Origin: Patescibacteria group bacterium
GTDB lineage: Bacteria; Patescibacteriota; Minisyncoccia; Phycocordibacterales; WO2-35-19
Reading direction: 5' to 3'
Assembly (NCBI GenBank): GCA_038056395.1
Contig: JBBUFS010000003.1
Location: forward strand, 4,344 to 68,343
Length of the DNA stretch: 64,000 bases
Of this stretch, positions 25,385 through 34,636 are shown in pieces (the first letter of the stretch is position 1; every line of letters starts with the position of its first letter). Made by a program: the position numbers and the translations under genes. The notes under the pieces were generated by a model, which was not told the origin of the DNA, did no database searches, and was given only the letters and a program-made list of their open reading frames with translations.

Positions 25385-25883
25385 GACCCCACCCCGAATG
25401 CCTTACGGCATTCTGCCCCTCACCTTGCGAAGGTGAGGGGAAAAATTAAAACCAAAATAACTTTTAATTTTATCCAAAACTTTTTCAATATCATTTTCAA
25501 CCTCATTATTTTGAAATCTTAAAACTTTATAATCAAGTTCTCTAAAATATTTATCTCTAATCTCATCATATTCTTTGGCTTCTTTTGTGTTATGTATTTC
25601 TCCGTCTAATTCAACTATTAATTTCTTTTGTGGGCAATAAAAATCCAAAATGTAACCTCCTATACTGTGCTGTCTTTTGAATTTATAACCCAGTTTTTCG
25701 TGTCTCAATTCAAACCATAATATTTCTTCTGTTTTTGTTTGATTTTTTCTTAATTCTTTTCTTCTTTCTTTAAGAACCTCATTGTTGTGAATAAGTTTAG
25801 ACATTTTGATTTTTGTTCCCTTCTTATCCCCTCACCTTCGCAAGGTGAGGGGTAGTTCCGCTTTAGCGGAACGGGGTGGGGTC
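25385..25883 (-). mobile_element. Composite palindromic element carrying a DUF559 nuclease gene (cloverleaf repeat split around an ORF)
   Basis: Outer arms GACCCCACCCC (25385-25395) and GGGGTGGGGTC (25873-25883). Hairpins at 25396-25413, 25416-25440, 25828-25852 and 25855-25872. Same module order as the solo element at 42375-42463. Confidence 0.65.
25403..25804 (-). CDS. DUF559 (Vsr/restriction-endonuclease-like) domain protein
   Basis: 133 aa; EEILWFELR...LGYKFKRQHSIGGYILDFYCPQKKLIVELDGEIH typical DUF559. The last about 13 aa (SPHLRKVRGRMP) are encoded by the flanking repeat. Confidence 0.8.
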   Translation of the reverse strand: MSKLIHNNEVLKERRKELRKNQTKTEEILWFELRHEKLGYKFKRQHSIGGYILDFYCPQKKLIVELDGEIHNTKEAKEYDEIRDKYFRELDYKVLRFQNNEVENDIEKVLDKIKSYFGFNFSPHLRKVRGRMP

Positions 25884-25887
25884 GTTC

Positions 25888-26880
25888 CTATTTTCTTTTT
25901 ATTACTCTTTCAATTGCCGCTTCTATACTTAAAACGCCCATACCATAATATTCAATCAGCTCGGAAGCAGTGCCGGATTGGCCAAATTGGTCATGAACGC
26001 CAATAAGTTCCATAGGCACCGGATAATTTTGAACCAAAACTTCGGCAATGGCAGAACCCAAACCGCCAACCACCTGATGTTCTTCCACGCTGACGATAGC
26101 TCCGGCTTCTTTGGCTAAATTTTTGATCGCTTCAAAATCAAGAGGCCTTATGCTTGAAATATTCAAAACTTTTATCGGGACGCCTTTTTGAGCAAAATTT
26201 TTGGCGGCCATTATTGCGTTATAAACCAAAGGTCCGGTTGCAATAATTCCAACTTGGGCGGTCATAGGAGGCGCATAAAAAATTGAGCTTTTACCTATTT
26301 CAAAAGGTGTTTCTCCCGTTGTTATTATAGGAGTTTTTTCTCTGGCTAAGCGAATATAAACTGGCTTATTTATTTTAACCGCTTCAACGATCGCTTTTTT
26401 AGCTTCAATGGCATCACAGGGAGAAAGCACAACCATATTCGGCAAAACTCGCATTAAAGCGATATCTTCTAGAGCTTGATGAGTTCCTCCGTCGGCTCCC
26501 ACCGAAACTCCGGTGTGACTGCCGACAATTTTAACCGGCCTGTCATTATAAGCGATGGTTGTTCTGATTTGTTCCCAATTTCTGCCCGGGCTAAATACAG
26601 CGTAAGAAGCAGCAAAGGGAATCTTACCCATAGCAGCCATGCCGCTGGCAATGGTCACTAAATTCTGTTCAGCCACACCAACTTGAACAAATCTTTCAGG
26701 ATATTTTCTGGCAAATAAATACATTTGGGTTGATTCATTCAAATCGGCGCAAAGCCCCACCACATTTTTGTTTTGATCTCCGGCCATAACTAACCCCTCG
26801 CCAAAGCCAACTCTTGTTGAAATTTTTTCTACATCCGCATCAAAAAGTTTTGTATTTAATTTTAAGTTTTGATTAAGCAT
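25888..26880 (-). CDS. Transketolase, C-terminal (pyrimidine-binding) subunit of split enzyme
   Basis: 330 aa; GFGEGL..., EQNLVTIASGMA, HQALEDIALMR. Confidence 0.9.
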   Translation of the reverse strand: MLNQNLKLNTKLFDADVEKISTRVGFGEGLVMAGDQNKNVVGLCADLNESTQMYLFARKYPERFVQVGVAEQNLVTIASGMAAMGKIPFAASYAVFSPGRNWEQIRTTIAYNDRPVKIVGSHTGVSVGADGGTHQALEDIALMRVLPNMVVLSPCDAIEAKKAIVEAVKINKPVYIRLAREKTPIITTGETPFEIGKSSIFYAPPMTAQVGIIATGPLVYNAIMAAKNFAQKGVPIKVLNISSIRPLDFEAIKNLAKEAGAIVSVEEHQVVGGLGSAIAEVLVQNYPVPMELIGVHDQFGQSGTASELIEYYGMGVLSIEAAIERVIKRK

Positions 26881-27715
26881 TTTTTAATTCCTCAATAGCT
26901 TTTTCTCCTTCTTCTTTATTTATTAGCTTACTGTGCCATTCGTATTTGTTTTCCATAAAAGAAACTCCTTTGCCTGAAATAGTGTTGGCAATTATTACCG
27001 AGGGTCTGTCAAAAACGGCTTGAGCTTGCCCTACCGCCTCCACAATTTCCTTAAAATTATGCCCATTAATAGTTTGTGCATGCCAGTTGAAAGATTCCCA
27101 TTTTTGTTTTAGTGGTTCCAACGGCATTATGTCTTCGGTATAACCTTCTATTTGAATATTATTTCTATCTATTATAACCGTTAAATTTTGAAGTTTTTCT
27201 TTGGCGCTAAGCATTATAGCTTCCCAAATATTTCCCTCCTCAAGTTCCGCATCACTAATGATGCAATAAAATTGTTTGTATGAATATTTGCCATTATCAA
27301 TTCTGTCAGCTAAACACATACCCGCCGCCTGAGAAAGGCCTGAACCAAGCGGGCCTGACGAGGTTTCAAGAAGCGGTAGAAATCTTCTATCAGGATGCCC
27401 CTGCAATCGTGAACCGAACTTTCTCAGAGTTTTTAATTCTTCAAGAGGAAAATACCCGGCATGAGCCAATGTTGCGTAATAAACAGGACAAATGTGGCCG
27501 TTTGAAAGCACCAGCCGATCTCTTTCTTCCCACATTGGATTTGTCGGATCATGCTTCAAAATTCCAAAATAAAGAATGGTAAAAATATCAGCCATTCCTA
27601 ACGCTCCGCCAGGATGTCCACTCCCAGCCTCCACCAGCATTTCAATAACCGAGATCCTTATATCTCTTGCCTTCTCCTCCAGCCATTTTATTTTTTCATC
27701 CGTCAGTTGGAGCAT
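26873..27715 (-). CDS. Transketolase, N-terminal (TPP-binding) subunit of split enzyme
   Basis: 280 aa; SGHPGGALGMADI, GHPD, SDAELEEGNIWEA. Confidence 0.9.
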   Translation of the reverse strand: MLQLTDEKIKWLEEKARDIRISVIEMLVEAGSGHPGGALGMADIFTILYFGILKHDPTNPMWEERDRLVLSNGHICPVYYATLAHAGYFPLEELKTLRKFGSRLQGHPDRRFLPLLETSSGPLGSGLSQAAGMCLADRIDNGKYSYKQFYCIISDAELEEGNIWEAIMLSAKEKLQNLTVIIDRNNIQIEGYTEDIMPLEPLKQKWESFNWHAQTINGHNFKEIVEAVGQAQAVFDRPSVIIANTISGKGVSFMENKYEWHSKLINKEEGEKAIEELKNA

Positions 27716-27716
27716 C

Positions 27717-28388
27717 TTATAATGATTGAAGTTTAATTATAGCTTCTTTTATGTTTGGAGCGTTGAATATGGCCGAGCCGGAAATGAAGCGGGAGACGCC
27801 GGCGTCTTTTAGTTTGGGAATAGTTTCTTCATTTACTCCTATGTCAATCTGAATTGTGGTTGAGGGGTGTTTTTCGTGAAAGTATTTTATTTTATTCATA
27901 ATAGAATTGTCCAGTTCTATGCCACTGTGGCCAATTTTGTCGTTGCCCATAAATTGGACAAAATCTGTTTGAGGCAAAAATGGCTGGAGAAGATCCACAT
28001 CCACCGAAGGTTTTATACCTAAACCAGCCTCGCAGCCCAAATTTTTAATGGTATCAAGACATTCTTTTATATGGTCAGTAGAATCAATATGAATAACAAA
28101 ACTTTTGGCGCCTAAAGAAATAAAATCATCCAAATATTCAACTGGATGCAAAATCATCATATCTATTTCCAAAATAAAATCATCAATGTGCGGAAATTTT
28201 TCTTCACCTCTGGCAAATTTCATGAGATCATCCGAATTTTTCTCTACAAAAGGCCATGTCTTTACGGGAGCATATTTTCCATCCACAATATCCACTTGCA
28301 CCTTTTTGACCAATCCCAAAAGCTTGTCCAATTTTTCTCTGACAATATTGAGGTCTTGGGGAATGATTGATGGGATAATTTCTATCAT
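27717..28388 (-). CDS. rpe: Ribulose-phosphate 3-epimerase
   Basis: 223 aa TIM-barrel; IIPSII..., VQVDIVDG, context with rpiB and tkt. Confidence 0.8.
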   Translation of the reverse strand: MIEIIPSIIPQDLNIVREKLDKLLGLVKKVQVDIVDGKYAPVKTWPFVEKNSDDLMKFARGEEKFPHIDDFILEIDMMILHPVEYLDDFISLGAKSFVIHIDSTDHIKECLDTIKNLGCEAGLGIKPSVDVDLLQPFLPQTDFVQFMGNDKIGHSGIELDNSIMNKIKYFHEKHPSTTIQIDIGVNEETIPKLKDAGVSRFISGSAIFNAPNIKEAIIKLQSL

Positions 28389-28396
28389 GATTGTTT

Positions 28397-28840
28397 TTAA
28401 TTTTCAATTTGCTCAATTCTTCTTTTGTGTCTTTCCTCACCAGAAAATTTTGTTTCTAGCCAAAGTTTAACTGCTTCTTTGACTTCATTCATAGACAAAA
28501 ATCTTGCGCCTAAAGATAAAACATTTGCATCGTTGTGTTCACGCGATAATTTTATTATTTCAAGATTACCCCCATAATATTCTGCCACTCTCACATTTGG
28601 AAATCTGTTTGCCACCATTGCTTCTCCTTGACCGCTACTCCCCAAAACTATTGCCATTGAGCCGTCTGTGGCCCCAGAGACTGCCTGCGCGGCTTTTTTT
28701 ATAAATTCAGGATAATCATCCTCTGGATTAAATTCATAAGCTCCACAATCTTCGACTTCGTAACTAAATTCTTTAACATACTTAATCAAAGCATTTTTCA
28801 TATCAAATCCAGCATGATCGCTTGCAAAAAAAATTTTCAT
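28397..28840 (-). CDS. rpiB: Ribose-5-phosphate isomerase B
   Basis: MKIFFASDHAGFDMKNALIKYV..., GSSGQGEAMVANR. Confidence 0.9.
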   Translation of the reverse strand: MKIFFASDHAGFDMKNALIKYVKEFSYEVEDCGAYEFNPEDDYPEFIKKAAQAVSGATDGSMAIVLGSSGQGEAMVANRFPNVRVAEYYGGNLEIIKLSREHNDANVLSLGARFLSMNEVKEAVKLWLETKFSGEERHKRRIEQIEN

Positions 28841-28858
28841 ATTGTTTATAAATAAATT

Positions 28859-29359
28859 TTACAATTGTGGCAAAGTTTGATTTCCGCATACATCTCGTGC
28901 TTCAATATTCCCATTAGGCATCTCAGTAACTTTATAACACTCGGAACTTCTCTTGCACATAGTTGTAGAATCACTAAAAGCAGTCTCTGATTCTTTTGTC
29001 TTTAAAATCCCAATTCTAGTTTTACCTCCATACCCACTCTCCTGAGCATTCAAGTATCCTTCTTTAGATACTCTAACACTTACTCCATTACCTTTGTAAT
29101 TAAGAGAAAAATATCCTGATTGATTTGTGATATCATCATAACTTTCCGTACTTCCACCCCAATGAAATGTCAGAACATCTAATAAAGTTGCTTGTTTTGC
29201 CACTTTTACTTCCGCATTAGATACTGGTAAATCTGTCTCGCAGTCGTAAACGGTGCCTTCAAATTTTTGAGACCCATAATCACCCCATAAAGTTTTTATC
29301 ACAAATAAAATCGCTACAATTATAACCAAAACCAAAATAATTTTTATTAATTTTTTCAC
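28859..29359 (-). CDS. Secreted hypothetical protein with carboxypeptidase-regulatory-like beta-sandwich
   Basis: 166 aa; signal anchor; GTVYDCETDLPVSNAEVKV pattern. Confidence 0.45.
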   Translation of the reverse strand: MKKLIKIILVLVIIVAILFVIKTLWGDYGSQKFEGTVYDCETDLPVSNAEVKVAKQATLLDVLTFHWGGSTESYDDITNQSGYFSLNYKGNGVSVRVSKEGYLNAQESGYGGKTRIGILKTKESETAFSDSTTMCKRSSECYKVTEMPNGNIEARDVCGNQTLPQL

Positions 29360-29368
29360 ATTTTTATG

Positions 29369-29917
29369 CTATTTGTAAAAATCTTCTTCTTCATAATAAT
29401 ACGACTGCTCTACACCCTTAATAAAGACTTCGCGGTCATCAATTTTATCGGTCAAAGCAACGCGCAAAAGCTCGCGAATCTCGAGGTTGTTCACCGGGCT
29501 GCGCTGCATGGCGTTCAAATAGTCGGCTTTGTCGATCTTGGCCCAATCAACGCACCGCCCGATATTTTTTTTCAAAATTAAATCAAGCCAAATCCTCATA
29601 CTCCTCCCATTGCCTTCCATAAACGGATGAGCGATATTCATCTCCACATATTTAGCCACAATTTCTTCAAAAGTACTTTCCGGCATTTCTTCGATTCTAG
29701 CTAAACTTTCAGCAAGATATAAAGAAGAAGCGAACCGGAAACCGCCCTTGCTTATATCTTTAGTGCGAACTTGCCCAGCGAAATCATACAGTCCCAGAAA
29801 TAAGTATTTGTGAATTTGTTGCAAACCCTTGGTGGTGCCGATTTCAAAACTTTCAATTTCTTGGCTACCAAAAAGTTTTGTAGCTCGTTCTTTGCTGATT
29901 TCGTCAACATTTTGCAT
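29369..29917 (-). CDS. fic: Fic-domain AMP transferase, small NmFic-like (class III-like) form
   Basis: Fic motif [13 protein letters not shown]-terminal SYYYEE resembles the (S/T)xxxE(G/N) inhibitory helix. Start set at ATG 29917. Confidence 0.8.
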   Translation of the reverse strand: MQNVDEISKERATKLFGSQEIESFEIGTTKGLQQIHKYLFLGLYDFAGQVRTKDISKGGFRFASSLYLAESLARIEEMPESTFEEIVAKYVEMNIAHPFMEGNGRSMRIWLDLILKKNIGRCVDWAKIDKADYLNAMQRSPVNNLEIRELLRVALTDKIDDREVFIKGVEQSYYYEEEDFYK

Positions 29918-29923
29918 ATTAAT

Positions 29924-29929
29924 ATTATA
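29924..29929 (-). promoter_or_regulatory. Extended -10 (TGgTATAAT) 6 nt upstream of the fic ATG (leaderless-type)
   Basis: Minus strand gTGgTATAAT-attaat-ATG. Confidence 0.5.
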
Positions 29930-29939
29930 CCACAATAAA

Positions 29940-31004
29940 CTATAAATATTCCCCTATTTTCAAGACATGTTTTATTAAAGTGGCGGTGTAACCCATTTCG
30001 TTGTCATACCAAGCGCAGACTTTTACCAAATTTTTATCTATCACCTTGGTTAAATTAAGGTCGGCAATTGATCCGTAAAGAGAACCAATAATATCGGCAG
30101 AGACAATTGGGTCTTCAGTTATTGTAAAAATGCCTTGCCACCTTGCCTCTCCCGCTGCTTCTTTGAGAATTTTATTTATTTCTTCCACACTGGTTTCCCT
30201 TTTTGAAATAAAAGTAACATCAACGATTGACCCCGCAATTACAGGAACTCGCATAGCCAATCCGTCAAATTTACCTTCTAATTCTGGAATAGCTTTAGTG
30301 ACGGCAATAGCCGCGCCGGTGGTTGTTGGCACGATATTCTGGGCAGCGGCGCGCCCCTCCTTCCAATCTTTTTTGTTTGGTCCATCTACTATGCTTTGAC
30401 TGGTTGTATATCCATGCACCGTGTTAAGCACCGCTTTTTCAATGCCTATTTTTTCATTTAAAATCTGAATAAGCGGCGCGCCGGCATTGGTGGTGCAAGA
30501 AGCATTTGAACTTATAATGCTTTTTTCTAATTTTTCATCATTTATACCCATCAAAACCATAACTTGAGTTTCGTCTATCGGTTCGTCTTTGACTGGCGCG
30601 GTTATAAGCACCCTTTTAGCTCCAGCATCAATATGAGCTTTAGCTTTTTCAAAAGAATTAAAGGCGCCCGTTGATTCAATAACCACATCTATTTCCAAAT
30701 CTTTCCACGGCAACTCTTTTGGTTCTTTTAAGCTAAAAAATTTAACTTCCATCGCCTCGCCGGAGCTTTGAGCGAAGGCGGGTTTTCCAATTATCAGCGC
30801 GTCTTTGTTTGCTTTCACAGAAACAGGAAATTGCGCAGCTCCATAGGCTGTATCATACTTTAAAAGATAGGCAATATTTTCTATATCACCCAAATCGTTT
30901 ATAGCCACCAGTTCTATTTCTGGCGTATTTTGCGAGAGTCTTATAAACGCTCTTCCAATCCTCCCCGCGCCATTCACGGCGACTTTAATTTTTTTATCCT
31001 GCAT
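29940..31004 (-). CDS. gap: Glyceraldehyde-3-phosphate dehydrogenase, type I
   Basis: [19 protein letters not shown], 354 aa. Confidence 0.93.
   Translation of the reverse strand: MQDKKIKVAVNGAGRIGRAFIRLSQNTPEIELVAINDLGDIENIAYLLKYDTAYGAAQFPVSVKANKDALIIGKPAFAQSSGEAMEVKFFSLKEPKELPWKDLEIDVVIESTGAFNSFEKAKAHIDAGAKRVLITAPVKDEPIDETQVMVLMGINDEKLEKSIISSNASCTTNAGAPLIQILNEKIGIEKAVLNTVHGYTTSQSIVDGPNKKDWKEGRAAAQNIVPTTTGAAIAVTKAIPELEGKFDGLAMRVPVIAGSIVDVTFISKRETSVEEINKILKEAAGEARWQGIFTITEDPIVSADIIGSLYGSIADLNLTKVIDKNLVKVCAWYDNEMGYTATLIKHVLKIGEYL
30753..30783. repeat. Family B repeat inserted in frame in gap (encodes [11 protein letters not shown])
   Basis: CGCCGGAGCTTTGAGCGAAGGCGG; compare CCGCGAAGCTTTAGCGAAGTGGG in rnhB. 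Confidence 0.6.
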
Positions 31005-31011
31005 ACACTAA

Positions 31012-31017
31012 ATTATA
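31012..31017 (-). promoter_or_regulatory. -10 TATAAT 7 nt upstream of the gap ATG (leaderless-type)
   Basis: Minus strand TATAAT-ttagtgt-ATG. Confidence 0.5.
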
Positions 31018-31070
31018 TCAAAAACAAAAAATCAATGTGCAAGAAATTGGGTAAAAGAAAAAATTTAGTT

Positions 31071-33392
31071 TTACGCCGTTTTGGCTTCAGCAACAGCCGT
31101 TATATCGCCAATTTCACAAACTCCGCCAACGCAGGCCAACTCTTTGGCGCCAATGGTTTGGTCGCTTTTTTCATAGAGAACAAGTTTTGAGAAATCAAGA
31201 TGGCTGATAGTTTTCAGGCGCTGTTCATATTCTTCTTTGGTGATTTCTTCATAGGGAGCAAGCTGGTAGACATGGTTATCGCGTGGCAAAAATGAAAGAC
31301 CGCCCATGATATCCCAGTTCTTGTAAACAAAATCCGCAACGGAAGTCCATTCATCATCCCCGACATAAACGGTAACCGACGGGTTATGCTCGGTGAAATT
31401 TCTCTTCAGCCTTTCCCACTCTTTCAGCATTTCAATGGCGGTAACATCTTTGTTCACAAGAGCTCCTTCCGGAGCTTTGCATGGAAATTCCAAAACCATT
31501 TTAGATGCGTTTGAAGTGGAATAACCGACTTCAGGCAATGCTGGTACGCCCTGGTCCTTGACAAGCTGAAGAAGGGGGTCGTTTATGGAAATTCTGACTC
31601 GGCGGATATAATATTTTGAATACCAAGTGTGCATACCGGAACCAACCCCCAGAAGCTGCCCTGAATTACCATGAGGTTTGACACAGGTAATGGAAGTTGA
31701 TTCATTTACACCCAGACGTTTTGCATATTTTTTGTTTGTTTTAATGGCTTCGTCACGGAGAGTCCGCAGATTTTTGTCGTCTCTGACTATTTTGTTGTCG
31801 TAATAGCCGGTAATTGAGACCCCGAGGAGCTGTTCTTTTTCGCAATTCTCTTTCCACTCTTTTGATAAGTATTCAAAATTTGTAAGGGTTGCTTGATAAG
31901 TGCCTAAAATAGTCGCCAAACGCATCTTTCTTTTTAAGTTTTCCATATCGTCATGCGGACGAACAACGATGGAAGTGAGATTGCAAAACTGTTTTGACTG
32001 AAGATAAATTTCTCCGCACGGATTCATTCCTATTTGTTTTGCGTCTTTTACAATTTCCCAGCGCCGGCTTGGCATTTGCGCCTGCAGGCTGCCGCGGTTA
32101 AAAATGCCCCGCTCTCCGGCATGAGAAGTAACCAGTGCGGTCCATTCCTGCAAAAATTCTTCAGCCGAAGGCCTTACTTCATAAACGGCGGAGTTATTTG
32201 CCATTGAACGCTGGCCTTCCGTTTGCCAGAAATTGCCCTTTTTTGCATCCCGCATTTCATAATCATCAAAAGCGGACAGAGAAATAAGGGCTGAACGCCG
32301 CATACCACCGGCATCAACTATAAGTCCGATTTCACAAATAATATCGTGGAGATCCAGAGTAGTAAGCCTGCGTCCTTGGCGGGAAAGTATTTTACGCTTG
32401 GTAAATTTCATTAAATCCTGAAGCACGCCTGGTCCAGATGCCCTGCCCCCCATCGTGCTAAGTTTTGCTCCGGCCGGCCGGATAAGGGAATAATCAATCT
32501 CAACATCTTTTCCGTGTTCCCAAGCTTCACAGGCCTTGACAAATCCTTGGCACCAGCCGATTTTATCATCCTCAATCGTTATTTTAGGGGCCATTTCGCC
32601 TGTTTGTTTTTGAATTTGGGGAAACTTGCCTACATTTTCCGGCTCAACCGAAAACCCGCATCCGGCGCCGCACATTGATACATACATTATTTCAGAAAGG
32701 TCCCGCCAACTTGTCGGGGCGATATAGGCGCAATTATAGGCGCACACATTTGTCCTCCTTGCCGCTTTGCCGGATGACCAAAGAAGCCTCATTGAGGGGC
32801 AGACTTCCTGATTTAATATTGCATCTTTTAATTCCGAATACTCTGTCTCCGTAAATTTGTCGCCCATATTCTCTCTCATAAAATCTATAAAGCGGCCAAT
32901 TGATTCCATCCATGTTTCTCTGCGGCCGAGCTCTTCGCGCCACTTTGAATAAAATTGGTAGAAAATAAATTCCTGATAGGGCGTTTTAAAATACTTGCTG
33001 CTCTCGGCCATTTTTCTTTTCACCTCCTCAGGCACTATCATACTCTGTTCGCGAAGCCTTGTTCTCTCCTGCCTGTAAAGAATATAATTTTTTGCCGTGT
33101 TTACATATTCAGAAAGCATAAGCTTTCTTTCTACCGTATCCTGTATTCCTTCCACCCCGGGTATGAAATTTTTGAATTTTTTATTTATGCGCGCCAAATC
33201 CGACAATACTTTGTTTGCCACTTTTCTAGCTTCAACCTCAGAACCCTCATTGGAAGCTTTCATGGCTTTGTTTATGGCTGTCACAATCCTTTCAAAATCA
33301 AAAGGAGCAATAGAGCCGTCCCGTTTTTGAACTTTTTTTATGATATCAATTTTAGCCGGCTTTTTTGGTGTTTTTTTGATTTTTTGAGGCAT
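31071..33392 (-). CDS. nrdJ: Class II (adenosylcobalamin-dependent) ribonucleotide reductase with N-terminal ATP-cone
   Basis: 773 aa; ATP-cone VQKRDGSIAPFDFERI, NPCGEI active-site loop, C-terminal CVGGVCEI. Confidence 0.88.
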   Translation of the reverse strand: MPQKIKKTPKKPAKIDIIKKVQKRDGSIAPFDFERIVTAINKAMKASNEGSEVEARKVANKVLSDLARINKKFKNFIPGVEGIQDTVERKLMLSEYVNTAKNYILYRQERTRLREQSMIVPEEVKRKMAESSKYFKTPYQEFIFYQFYSKWREELGRRETWMESIGRFIDFMRENMGDKFTETEYSELKDAILNQEVCPSMRLLWSSGKAARRTNVCAYNCAYIAPTSWRDLSEIMYVSMCGAGCGFSVEPENVGKFPQIQKQTGEMAPKITIEDDKIGWCQGFVKACEAWEHGKDVEIDYSLIRPAGAKLSTMGGRASGPGVLQDLMKFTKRKILSRQGRRLTTLDLHDIICEIGLIVDAGGMRRSALISLSAFDDYEMRDAKKGNFWQTEGQRSMANNSAVYEVRPSAEEFLQEWTALVTSHAGERGIFNRGSLQAQMPSRRWEIVKDAKQIGMNPCGEIYLQSKQFCNLTSIVVRPHDDMENLKRKMRLATILGTYQATLTNFEYLSKEWKENCEKEQLLGVSITGYYDNKIVRDDKNLRTLRDEAIKTNKKYAKRLGVNESTSITCVKPHGNSGQLLGVGSGMHTWYSKYYIRRVRISINDPLLQLVKDQGVPALPEVGYSTSNASKMVLEFPCKAPEGALVNKDVTAIEMLKEWERLKRNFTEHNPSVTVYVGDDEWTSVADFVYKNWDIMGGLSFLPRDNHVYQLAPYEEITKEEYEQRLKTISHLDFSKLVLYEKSDQTIGAKELACVGGVCEIGDITAVAEAKTA

Positions 33393-33523
33393 ATTTTTAT
33401 AAAAAATTAAAAATTTTGCGCTTTTTTGTTAAATTTTGATAAAAATTTAAAAATTCTGGTACCTCATTCTACAATTTTTACGCCACTATAACCTGTGGAT
33501 AACAGTGCAGAAAACAGAAAAAA

Positions 33524-33970
33524 TTAAAAGGCAACAAAATCTCCAATTTTAATGTTATTTTTCAGCAAAAATCCGGCTGGGATTTCCAGGACATACAAAA
33601 TTGGAACTGGAGAATTAAAAACTTTTGGATAAGTTTCCGGCAAAACATTTTCTGCCAGATATATTATTTTTTTATCTTTATTCAGCCAGGCAATATCTAT
33701 GGGAAATTTCATATCTTTCATCCAAATGCCGTAATATCCCTCTTTATCAAACACAAAAAGCATTCCTTCTTTCTCTCCCAGCCCCTCTTTTCCTGAAAGT
33801 CCTCGTGTCCTTTTTGCATCCGTATCAGCTATTTCAATTATTTTTAATATTTTTTGGCTTTTTTCAGATTTTTCTACTGATTTTTGCTCAATTTCTTTAT
33901 TTTTATCTCTTAAACCAAAAGAAACAATCAAAAACACTATTGATAATGCAAAAATAACTGTTTTTTTCAT
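33524..33970 (-). CDS. DUF192 domain protein (secreted)
   Basis: 148 aa; RTRGLSGKE...GMLFVF...GIWMKDMKFPIDIAWL. Confidence 0.75.
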   Translation of the reverse strand: MKKTVIFALSIVFLIVSFGLRDKNKEIEQKSVEKSEKSQKILKIIEIADTDAKRTRGLSGKEGLGEKEGMLFVFDKEGYYGIWMKDMKFPIDIAWLNKDKKIIYLAENVLPETYPKVFNSPVPILYVLEIPAGFLLKNNIKIGDFVAF

Positions 33971-33984
33971 AATTCATATTATAA

Positions 33985-34016
33985 CAAAAAACCCTTCGAT
34001 AAACTCAGGGTTTTTT
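33985..34016. terminator. Bidirectional hairpin terminator; stem-loop resembles the 5' half of family A
   Basis: AAAAAACCCTtcgataaactcAGGGTTTTTT between convergently ending genes. Confidence 0.6.
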
Positions 34017-34036
34017 GCGATTAAATGTAAACGATG

Positions 34037-34315
34037 TTATCGTCTAAAATTATCTCTGCGAGGACGGGCCTCTTGAGGGCGAGCCTCATTTACGGTCAGG
34101 GCCCTTCCTTCAATATCCTTGCCATTCCATGCATCGATGGCGGCATTGGCTTCGGCATCATTTGTCATAGTTACAAAACCAAAACCCTTGGAGACACCTC
34201 TTTCCCTGTCCATAATAACGACAGCCTCGGTGACCTCGCCGTTTTTGGAGAACATGTCTCTCAAATCGGCATCGGTGGTTTTGTAAGGCAAATTGCCTAC
34301 GAAAAGCTTTTTCAT
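34037..34315 (-). CDS. RRM-type RNA-binding protein
   Basis: MKKLFVGNLPYKTT (RNP-2), KGFGFVTM (RNP-1), RG-rich tail. Start set at ATG 34315. Confidence 0.88.
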   Translation of the reverse strand: MKKLFVGNLPYKTTDADLRDMFSKNGEVTEAVVIMDRERGVSKGFGFVTMTNDAEANAAIDAWNGKDIEGRALTVNEARPQEARPRRDNFRR

Positions 34316-34636
34316 TGCGTACTTTGTTACATTGCGATTAAAACGACCAATGGTTCGATTGCTCTCACCATAAAGCGGTTCCGCCTGCTGTTCGCGATAC
34401 AAAGCCCGCAAAACAAACAAAGAGAACTTAACACTTACTTTAATAATATATACCTATGCCTCCCAAAAGTCAACCCCATTGCACATTTAAATACAGATGC
34501 TATCATGTACGAGTTATTAAAAAAGTTCCGAAGCATAACCTTCCGCAATACCGAAATAGCCCAACCTTCACTAAAGTTACGGCGGGCAAGGCAAGAGAAT
34601 GCGGAAAAGCGACGGTTTTTGTTTTGCAAAATTATT

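Noticed and set aside
33494-33502. Perfect DnaA box TTATCCACA as an oriC marker
   Set aside because: It is a single isolated box with no cluster, no AT-rich DUE arrangement and no dnaA/dnaN context. It is more likely chance or part of the nrdJ operator.
34034-34636. N-terminal 200 aa of the 565-aa ORF-track protein
   Set aside because: It is antisense to the RRM protein gene and crosses an intergenic region. S1 homology begins only at the internal ATG 34637.
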